DNA of 47,231 nt from Promethearchaeota archaeon. GTDB lineage: Archaea; Asgardarchaeota; Lokiarchaeia; Sigyniarchaeales; SOKP01. The DNA lies in NCBI GenBank assembly GCA_011364975.1, contig RDOE01000018.1, positions 1-47,231 on the forward strand. Reading direction: 5' to 3'. Position numbers and translations under genes: made by a program. The notes under the pieces are model-generated. The model did not search any database, was not told the DNA's origin, and saw only the letters and a list, made by a program, of their open reading frames with translations. Shown piece by piece: positions 18,346 to 26,094 of the stretch; the first letter of the stretch is position 1, and every line of letters starts with the position of its first letter.

Positions 18346-20451
18346 GTGAAAAATAAGATGGAAGGACTTAAGAGGGAAAATTTTTACTCTGAGAAATATA
18401 TTAAAAATCTTTTTGATAGTATACCTATTCCTTCTTATGTATGGCAGAAACGGGATAATGATTTCATTCTAATAGACTTCAACAAAGCAGCCAAAAACGC
18501 TACTCAAGAAAAAGCTGAAAATTTGTTATATGAAAAAGCATCTATTAGCTATAAAGACAGACCCGATATTATTGGTGCCCTTAATGAATGTTTTAATCAG
18601 AAAAAATCAATATCACTCCAAACTAAATACACTGTGAAAATCACTGGTGAGGAAGTATATCTCTCTATCAGGAATTATTATATTCCACCAGATTTAGTAG
18701 TAGTTCATGTAAAAGACTTAACCAAAAGGAAATTAGCAGAGAATCAATTATTAGAATCTGAACAAAAATACAAAATGCTTTTTGAAAATTCTCCAATCCC
18801 AATTGTGTTATTAAGTCTTAAAGGAAAAATACTTGATTTCAATCATGCTACCGAAAAAATATTCGGATATGATAAGGAAGAACTCATAAATAAGAATTAT
18901 TTAAGTTTGTGTTTTTATCCATCCGATAATTTACCCCGCTTTAAATCGAGACTTTCTAATTTAAATCAAGGAAAGTCTGTAGAACCAACTGAATTTCAAA
19001 TATTTAAGAAGGATGGAGAAAAAGTGTGGATTTATACCGAAATTTCATTAATCAGAATTAATGATGAATCACTAATTCAAGCTTTTATATTTAATATTAC
19101 AGAGCGTAAGAATTTTGAACAAAAAATTGAACGCATGCTTAGAATTGAGCGATTAATATCAACTATATCATCCAGATTCATTGGATCTGATAATATAGAT
19201 GATTCAATAAACAACTCTCTTATAGAGATGGGGTCTCTCATTCAAGCTGAAAGAGCCTATATTTTGCTTTACAACGAAGAAGACACTTTAGAGTTCTATA
19301 CGCAAGAATGGTGCCTTAAGGGGATTGCGCCACAAAAGATTAATCCAATCGTAATTCAACCAAATAATTTTCCATGGGCTCAAGAACAATATATGAAAAA
19401 TGGTTACATTTATATTGCAAATAAGTTAAACCTTCCAGAATCCGCGGATAATATAAAACAAGTGCTTAATGATTTGAATATTGACTCGCTCCTCTTATTT
19501 CCCATAATCATTAAAGGGGAATTATATGGATTTATAGGATTTGACAACGTTAAGAAATTTCAAGAATGGCATAAAGAAGAGATAGATTTATTTCGAACGT
19601 CATCGGAAGTAATTGGAAATGCTTTAGAGAGGAAATGGTCTGAAGAAACATTAAAAGGAAGTCACCAATTATTAGCGGGGATCATATCTTCATTAACAGA
19701 ATCAATTTGTCTTATTGATTTTAATTTTAATATTATTTGGACTAATAATGTATCCAACCAATTATTCGGACAGCATTTGGTTAATAAAAAATGTTACAAA
19801 ATATTTTTTCAACGAGGAAAACCTTGTGAAAATTGTATAGGGTTTAAAACCTTTACAGATGGAAGAATCCATGAAAAAGAGGTTGAATTAAAAAATTTAG
19901 ATGGTGAGAAGATAATTTGTTGGTACACCTCAAGCTCAGCAGGATTGAATATTGAAGGAGAAACAGAATTTGCAGTATTATTTTTTCGTGATATTACTAA
20001 AAGAAAAACGATCGAGGAATCATTAATTAAATCAGAGCAATCTTTACGCCAATTGAATGAATTCCTAAAAGAAAAAATTGAAGAACGAACTAAAGAATTA
20101 AAAGAATCAGAAGATAATTACAAACGTATTTTAAATGATCTTGACGTAGGATTTTATAAAGGCCAATTTAAAGGAGAATTGTTGATGCATAATTCAAAAT
20201 TAAATCAGATTTTGGGACTAGATGCTTCTATTTCGTTAGTAGGTCTTCAGGCAGTAAAATTTTTTGTGGATGATAACACTCAGGAAAATTATTACAACAT
20301 TCTTACGAGAAGTGATTATGTGAAAGATTTCGAGGCTAAAATTAGAAGACCAGATGGAACAATCATAAAAGTAAATCTAAACTCTCATTTAATTCGTGAT
20401 AATGATGGAAATCCAAAGGAAGTGGAAGGTACTGTTATTCTGATTGAATAA
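18346..20451 (+). CDS. Multi-PAS/GAF sensor protein with no recognisable output domain
   Basis: PAS/PAC repeats (LFENSPIPI...FNITERK; FRDITKRK), a GAF segment (LLLFPIIIKGELYGFIGFD), a coiled coil and a terminal PAS. No H-box or HATPase motifs. Confidence 0.85.
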   Translation: MKNKMEGLKRENFYSEKYIKNLFDSIPIPSYVWQKRDNDFILIDFNKAAKNATQEKAENLLYEKASISYKDRPDIIGALNECFNQKKSISLQTKYTVKITGEEVYLSIRNYYIPPDLVVVHVKDLTKRKLAENQLLESEQKYKMLFENSPIPIVLLSLKGKILDFNHATEKIFGYDKEELINKNYLSLCFYPSDNLPRFKSRLSNLNQGKSVEPTEFQIFKKDGEKVWIYTEISLIRINDESLIQAFIFNITERKNFEQKIERMLRIERLISTISSRFIGSDNIDDSINNSLIEMGSLIQAERAYILLYNEEDTLEFYTQEWCLKGIAPQKINPIVIQPNNFPWAQEQYMKNGYIYIANKLNLPESADNIKQVLNDLNIDSLLLFPIIIKGELYGFIGFDNVKKFQEWHKEEIDLFRTSSEVIGNALERKWSEETLKGSHQLLAGIISSLTESICLIDFNFNIIWTNNVSNQLFGQHLVNKKCYKIFFQRGKPCENCIGFKTFTDGRIHEKEVELKNLDGEKIICWYTSSSAGLNIEGETEFAVLFFRDITKRKTIEESLIKSEQSLRQLNEFLKEKIEERTKELKESEDNYKRILNDLDVGFYKGQFKGELLMHNSKLNQILGLDASISLVGLQAVKFFVDDNTQENYYNILTRSDYVKDFEAKIRRPDGTIIKVNLNSHLIRDNDGNPKEVEGTVILIE

Positions 20452-20492
20452 AACAATGCATTTAAAATCATTATAACTATATAATAAAGAAC

Positions 20493-21035
20493 TTACGCGA
20501 ATCTTTTTTTGTCTTGATATTCTTTAACTGAGACTTCTCTATTATTTAGTCTATTAAATTTTAGTAGAGCATCTTCAATTGCTTTAATTTCTGCTCTTGT
20601 GTTAATACCAATATTTTGTAGTTTTTCTAAGATTTCTTTCTCACCATATCCCTTATTAAATAAGGTTTTAAATGTTTCAATGATTTTTTGGTTGTAATAA
20701 AAGTATTGTTTATTAATGTATATAATTAGCCATGATTTTTTTGCTTGATTTTTAGATAAAATATGCATTTTTTTTTGAATCTTTGCTAAGGGCTGTTTAA
20801 GCCTTCGAGCAAGATTTTTATCATCTATAATCATCACATTATTTAATGTACTTCCTAGTTTCTTGTTAAAAATAATGGTGGGAATATATGATAAGATAAA
20901 GAACAAAAGAGTTATAACCGCCATAATCAACGCTGCAATTTGGTTAAAAATGAACACAATAATAATGATTATTACTAAAAAAACAAACCATTTCCTTCCA
21001 ATTGACCTCAAGTATTTAATAAATTTTGATGTCAT
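20493..21035 (-). CDS. Hypothetical membrane protein (N-terminal TM hairpin, basic cytoplasmic domain)
   Basis: 180 aa ORF with hydrophobic residues about 16-56. Confidence 0.7.
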   Translation of the reverse strand: MTSKFIKYLRSIGRKWFVFLVIIIIIVFIFNQIAALIMAVITLLFFILSYIPTIIFNKKLGSTLNNVMIIDDKNLARRLKQPLAKIQKKMHILSKNQAKKSWLIIYINKQYFYYNQKIIETFKTLFNKGYGEKEILEKLQNIGINTRAEIKAIEDALLKFNRLNNREVSVKEYQDKKRFA

Positions 21036-21120
21036 AATATTTCCTATTAAAAATTAAATGTACTACTACAAATATATGATATAATTGATGCTTTAAAAAC
21101 GTTTTTCAATAGGAATAATT

Positions 21121-21131
21121 AAAAGGTAAAA
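21121..21131 (-). terminator. Possible oligo-T terminator of the 5S precursor
   Basis: Minus-strand TTTTACCTTTT a few nt downstream of the outer processing stem. Confidence 0.35.
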
Positions 21132-21136
21132 TCACT

Positions 21137-21348
21137 TTAACCACATTACTAAAAAGCGATTCCGGGTTCGGATGGGACCGGGTACTATCCTGTATCGCCA
21201 TGACCGTAGCCGAAGCTACAGTTTACAAGTTCCCACAAATCGCAAATCTGCAGTGCGAAGATATAATAGCACTTTTGCAGTACTATTTGCAACGCAAAAC
21301 AGTTTAACTTCCGGCGCTTTAGCGTTTCGCTACAGTAAATGTGGTTAA
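21137..21348 (-). repeat. Inverted repeats forming a processing stem and BHB/BHL motif around the 5S gene
   Basis: Perfect 11-bp inverted repeat TTAACCACATT (21137-21147) / AATGTGGTTAA (21338-21348); AAGCG/CGCTT (21315-21319 / 21154-21158); CCGG/CCGG central helix (21311-21314 / 21162-21165). Confidence 0.85.
21160..21308 (-). rRNA. rrf: 5S rRNA gene, circularly permuted (3' half 21308-21215, UUCG linker 21214-21211, 5' half 21210-21160), with helix IV expansion
   Basis: The 5' half GCTACGGTCATGGCG...ACCCGGTCCCATCCGAACCCGGAA and the 3' half GTTAAACTG...AGTACTG...GGGAAC...ACTGTAGC match the 5S consensus. Helices I-V and loop E (AGUA/GAA) all fold by hand. Confidence 0.9.
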
Positions 21349-21365
21349 CATTTAATTACCAACCA

Positions 21366-21380
21366 TTTTATAAGCTCGGC
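21366..21380 (-). promoter_or_regulatory. BRE-TATA promoter of the 5S precursor
   Basis: Minus-strand GCCGAGC-TTATAAAA. Standard archaeal spacing places the start at about 21344-21349, the beginning of the outer stem. Confidence 0.65.
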
Positions 21381-21533
21381 TATTTTCTTCTGAAATGCTT
21401 TACTTATATGGTTATGAGTAATTAGAATAGTTAAAAGTACTAATTAAACTTTTTCATAATGATCAATTAAATTTAAAAAGCATGGTTTTAAATGGACTAA
21501 CATTATTACTATGAAATTAGAACCCTCAAATAA

Positions 21534-23693
21534 CTAATTTCTCTTAATTTCTGTTGACACGCGTTTACATTTTTTGATATTTATATAGAGAATTGACAAT
21601 GAGATGCTAGCTAATCCAATAATCATGATACTTGAGACGATAAGAGCATAATCACTGAAAGGCTTTGCAATAGTAAAATTAAATGAATCTTCATAGAGAA
21701 AAGTAGTTTTGTTGCTATAATCCCGGGCAACAAACATAAAGGAATACGCCCCAGGTACTAGTTTATTTAAGGTCAGATTAAAATCAAAATTATTTTCATC
21801 AAAATCATTAATTATTCTATGTATCGAAAAATCATGAGAATTATCCTTAAATAGTAATAAAATAATACTTTCAATTCCAGAATGATTATCATACGCCTTT
21901 ACTGAAAAATGTACATTATCTGATACGGTTGGTTCGTTTGGATATCGATAAGCATTAGAAATTACTGGTTGTTCCGAATCTGGAATAGTTATAAAATTAT
22001 AGGATGTTGGAATTAAATTATGCCCAGTTATAAGAACACTATAGTTTTCATTGACTTGAGCCGGTAATCTAAATTTTACATTGCCACTTTTATCCGCATA
22101 GATCGTTCTATTTTTTCCATCTTCTGTTCTGAAATTCAATCTAGCGTAGGGTACCGTGTTATTAAAAATGTCCTTTATTTGTAAAGCAACCAATTGGCCC
22201 TCATAATAAGTTCCTGTAAATGGATTTGAAGCACTTATAGGTATATTTGTATATATATCCACTTCAGGATCTCCTAATAAATTATATGCCAATAGATTTT
22301 TCCGTTCCCACTCTAGCTCCGTAGAAACACTTGGTTGGTTAAAATAATCGCTATTTAGATAAGAAACTTTTGACTCATATAACGCCATTCCCTGCTGAAA
22401 TTTCTTTTCTTCAAAAAATTCTTTCCAGAACAGTTTTGCATTTGCTCGATTCAGCTTCTCAAGATTCGTATCATTCTCAAAATACCAAGTTACTCTTATT
22501 CCACCTATATACCCTATTGCTCCAGAATTTGATTGCTTTATTAAGCGCTCACCTATACTATCATCACCTTTATCATAAGAGGCGGTAGTACACACGTCTG
22601 CATATACAAGTGAAGGCATATTTATGTTAGTACTTGATAAAGCATCGGTATTACTGTAAAAATTCTCACTAGTTGCATCTGTAAAACGTGTAGGATCTCC
22701 ATGACCTGCAAAAATTATTGTTGAATATCCTGAATTTAAATTATTACGAAAGCTTGTGTTGTTAAGACCCCCTAATTGGTTTAATAAAGGAGGTGCTGTT
22801 GGACTAAAAGAGCTAGTGGTTTTTGTTAAATGAGTAAAATTCATATCAGAAAGAACATAATTTTGCCAAATGTATTCCGTAAGACGAGCTTCATCTTCTG
22901 GAGGATTATAAGAAGAAATTCCTCCTGCTAAAAGCATTCTATTCATCCAATTTCCAATATTCATAGCTTTTTCATAATTTAATGTTTTATTTATCATCAA
23001 AGATAACTCTAATGGATTATTTGCAGGTAATCGTCCAACATAAACTTCAGGAATCCAAGAAATTTCATCAACACTCCCTGATTTTGCAGCAGACTCTCCA
23101 AATATGCCATTACCATTATCATCCCAAGTACCACTAAGGTCCGAATAATAGAAATCAGTAGGTTTATAATATTCATCCCAGTTTGAGTATTCCGATTCAC
23201 CCTCAATTTCAGCAGTATCAGGATTATAAACGTATCTAATTGGTATTAAATTTTCATCAGCATCCCCTGCTAAGAGAACCCATCTAATATTATGGGAGGA
23301 ATAAAACGATTTAATCATATTTCTTATCTTTTCTGCTTTATCCCTGCCTTCATAATCGGAATAATTATATAATGCTATGGTTTTAACCCCCTTATAATTT
23401 TTCCATTCCACTAATGGAGTTACCGCATCTAAATAACTCGTATCATTTATAATAACTAACATCTCAATCTTTTGTTCATACCATAATTCATTTAATTCTT
23501 TATAATTGATAGGAGGTAGTGAATTAAGATCTATTTCAGGTATAATTGAGCTTAAGTTTAAATTTAATTTGTTATTTATATCGTGATTATCATAAAGGGG
23601 TTCATATTTTGGAATAATTAAACTAAAGAGTGGCAGAAGAATTACTAGTATAACAAAAATAAATTTAAATTTCTTATATTGATTTAGAACCAT
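21534..23693 (-). CDS. Peptidase C25 (gingipain-like) cysteine protease, membrane anchored
   Basis: WVLLAGD, PTDFYYSDL, PEVYVGRLP, catalytic FAGHG and ADVCTT, GAIGYIG, YNLLGDP; N- and C-terminal hydrophobic helices. Confidence 0.9.
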   Translation of the reverse strand: MVLNQYKKFKFIFVILVILLPLFSLIIPKYEPLYDNHDINNKLNLNLSSIIPEIDLNSLPPINYKELNELWYEQKIEMLVIINDTSYLDAVTPLVEWKNYKGVKTIALYNYSDYEGRDKAEKIRNMIKSFYSSHNIRWVLLAGDADENLIPIRYVYNPDTAEIEGESEYSNWDEYYKPTDFYYSDLSGTWDDNGNGIFGESAAKSGSVDEISWIPEVYVGRLPANNPLELSLMINKTLNYEKAMNIGNWMNRMLLAGGISSYNPPEDEARLTEYIWQNYVLSDMNFTHLTKTTSSFSPTAPPLLNQLGGLNNTSFRNNLNSGYSTIIFAGHGDPTRFTDATSENFYSNTDALSSTNINMPSLVYADVCTTASYDKGDDSIGERLIKQSNSGAIGYIGGIRVTWYFENDTNLEKLNRANAKLFWKEFFEEKKFQQGMALYESKVSYLNSDYFNQPSVSTELEWERKNLLAYNLLGDPEVDIYTNIPISASNPFTGTYYEGQLVALQIKDIFNNTVPYARLNFRTEDGKNRTIYADKSGNVKFRLPAQVNENYSVLITGHNLIPTSYNFITIPDSEQPVISNAYRYPNEPTVSDNVHFSVKAYDNHSGIESIILLLFKDNSHDFSIHRIINDFDENNFDFNLTLNKLVPGAYSFMFVARDYSNKTTFLYEDSFNFTIAKPFSDYALIVSSIMIIGLASISLSILYINIKKCKRVSTEIKRN

Positions 23694-23808
23694 TTAAAAT
23701 CTATTATTTAATAAGTATCTTGATATATAATTATTTTTAGAGAATAAAATATATTTACCAATATTATAACCAATTAAAAATAAGTAACTTAATAATAAAC
23801 GATAGGAT

Positions 23809-24042
23809 GTGATTTGTTTGCCATTACGATTTAACAGCTGTCCCCATTGTGACCAAAGAATTGTGTTTAAAATTGAAAAAGATGATATAGATACGTCCCA
23901 ATATCCCGCTCCAGTATATGTCATTCATAAGATAGATTCTTGTGGTAAATTATCTACGTTTTATGTTGATAGTCTTTTAAGAGTTTCATATACTGAACTC
24001 GAGAAAAAACCGGGTGGAATAAAAATCTTAGAAGCAAAATAG
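23809..24042 (+). CDS. Small putative Zn-binding protein
   Basis: CPHC ... H-x4-C pattern; divergent from the C25 gene and upstream of aIF-2gamma. The start may be TTG 23818. Confidence 0.7.
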   Translation: MICLPLRFNSCPHCDQRIVFKIEKDDIDTSQYPAPVYVIHKIDSCGKLSTFYVDSLLRVSYTELEKKPGGIKILEAK

Positions 24043-24180
24043 AATGGATATTTATTAAAACTTATTGTAAACATTATATTCAAGGAATAATTTAATAAAA
24101 AATACATTCTATATTTTTCATACGGAATTTAGAAAAATGAAAATTATCTTTTAATTAAAATTTCTTAGACATAAAAAGTA

Positions 24181-25743
24181 ATGGCGCACAATTTAGAAGA
24201 TGTAGCAGGTATCGGAAAAGCAACTGCAGACAGATTAAGAGCAGCTGGAATTGACACTGTAGAAAAGTTGGCGAACTCAGATCCAGATATGTTAATCGAC
24301 CTTAAAATTAAGGGTGTCGGAGAATCAACTGCCCTTAAGTACATTAGTAATGCCAAAACACTTCTTGAAGATATACAAGACGCTATTCCATCTGATACCA
24401 AACAAGAAACAAAAATACCTAAGGAACCTGAGAAACAAAAAGTAGCTAAAAAACCAGATGAAGGGAAACTTAAATCCTTAAAGGAATTTCTTAAAAAACA
24501 AGCAGAATGCAATATTGGGTTAGTAGGGCACGTAGACCACGGCAAAACGACCCTGGTAAAAGCTTTGACTGGAGATTGGACAGATAGACATTCTGAAGAG
24601 CAAGAAAGAGGTATCTCAATAAAGCTTGGTTATTCAAATGCAACAATTCTTTATTGTTCTGTATGTGATGAATATTTAACTTCATATATGGCAGAGAAAG
24701 AAAAAGAACAAGGTAGACCTAAATTTACATGCCCAAAATGTTTAGAAACCTTAGAATTCAAAAGAAATATCTCATTTGTGGATGCTCCGGGACATGAAAT
24801 TTTAATGGCAACTATGCTTAGTGGTGCCTCATTAATGGACGGAGCTTGTTTGTTGATCGCAGCTGATGAAAAATGTCCTCAACCACAAACGAGAGAACAT
24901 TTGGCAGCATTAAACATCGCAGGAATTAAAAAAGTAATTATAATCCAAAATAAGATTGATGCGGTTTCTAAAGAACAAGCACAAGAGAATTATATGCAAA
25001 TAAAAAGATTCATAAAAGGAACTGTTGCTGAAAATGCTCCAATTATACCTGTTTCTGCTGTTTTTGGTGCAAACATAAACTTAGTAGTCCGAGCTTTTGA
25101 AGAGGTAATCCCAACTCCAGAATTAAAAGATAAGGAAGAATTTCAGTTTTTAGTAGCACGTTCTTTTGATATTAATCGTCCCGGTACAGAGATAGAGAAA
25201 TTGAAGGGGGGTGTTATTGGTGGTTCCGTATTAAAAGGGAAAATAAAAGTTGGTGAAGAGATAGAAATAAAACCTGGTTTAAGAACCAAAAATTTATACT
25301 CTCCAATCAAAACCAAAGTAATAAGCATCAGTCAGGGAAATAATTTACTTGAAGAAGCTAACCCTGGTGGTCTAATAGGCTTGGGAACAAAGCTAGACCC
25401 TGCGTTGACTAAAGGAGACTCTTTAATTGGTCATTTAGTTGGAAAACCTGATACTCTACCTCAAATTATATCTGAAGTTGAGCTTGAAGTTCATTTACTT
25501 GATAGAGTAATAGGAGCCGAGGTACAAATGAAAGTGCAACAATTAAAACATAATGAAAAATTATTGTTGGTCATAGGAACTGAAAAAACAGCTGGTACTG
25601 TAACTAAGATACTAAAAAATTCCTTTATCTTAAGTTTAAATCCTCCTATTTGCCCTCCAGAAAATTTTATATTTGCCATCTCTAGAATTATAAATCGGCG
25701 TTATCGATTAATCGGGTATGGTAAAATACTCAACCATAAATAG
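24181..25743 (+). CDS. eif2g: Translation initiation factor aIF-2 gamma with N-terminal helix-hairpin-helix domain
   Basis: NIGLVGHVDHGKTT, RGISIKLGY, DAPGHEILMATMLSGA, PQPQTREH, QNKID, ARSFDINRPG, RYRLIGYG; an extra ~105 N-terminal residues. Confidence 0.95.
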   Translation: MAHNLEDVAGIGKATADRLRAAGIDTVEKLANSDPDMLIDLKIKGVGESTALKYISNAKTLLEDIQDAIPSDTKQETKIPKEPEKQKVAKKPDEGKLKSLKEFLKKQAECNIGLVGHVDHGKTTLVKALTGDWTDRHSEEQERGISIKLGYSNATILYCSVCDEYLTSYMAEKEKEQGRPKFTCPKCLETLEFKRNISFVDAPGHEILMATMLSGASLMDGACLLIAADEKCPQPQTREHLAALNIAGIKKVIIIQNKIDAVSKEQAQENYMQIKRFIKGTVAENAPIIPVSAVFGANINLVVRAFEEVIPTPELKDKEEFQFLVARSFDINRPGTEIEKLKGGVIGGSVLKGKIKVGEEIEIKPGLRTKNLYSPIKTKVISISQGNNLLEEANPGGLIGLGTKLDPALTKGDSLIGHLVGKPDTLPQIISEVELEVHLLDRVIGAEVQMKVQQLKHNEKLLLVIGTEKTAGTVTKILKNSFILSLNPPICPPENFIFAISRIINRRYRLIGYGKILNHK

Positions 25744-25758
25744 CCCTTATTTTATACA

Positions 25759-26088
25759 TCAGTGAGAATAGGACAAGAAAATTTCTCTTATTTTGCCATT
25801 TATTAATTTTAGAGAAGGATCTACTTGGCTAAATATAGCTTGAATGGATTCAATTACCTCCTTATTTATATCTTCATTATTTGCTTTAGAAATAGTTTGC
25901 TTTGTTTCATATAGTATCAAAGTATCACCAGCTTTAGCAAGAAAATGTAAAATTACTTCCTTTTTTATATCCAAAGATAAATCTGATTGATTTTTAACAT
26001 CTTTAATCTCATAGAAAATTTCATCCATTATTCTTTTTGCTAAAAAACTCAAGAAATTCTCGATTTGATCAATAAAAATTACGATCAA
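25759..26088 (-). CDS. Hypothetical protein
   Basis: 109 aa ORF tightly packed downstream of 26095-27810. Confidence 0.65.
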   Translation of the reverse strand: MIVIFIDQIENFLSFLAKRIMDEIFYEIKDVKNQSDLSLDIKKEVILHFLAKAGDTLILYETKQTISKANNEDINKEVIESIQAIFSQVDPSLKLINGKIREIFLSYSH

Positions 26089-26094
26089 CGCAAT

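Noticed and set aside
21137-21348. Reading the structured GC-rich island as a MITE, tRNA, SRP RNA or decayed 5S pseudogene
   Set aside because: The interior matches 5S motifs with all helices pairing. There is no cloverleaf, no SRP motif and no evident target-site duplication. The precise splice geometry and the promoter argue against decay or chance.
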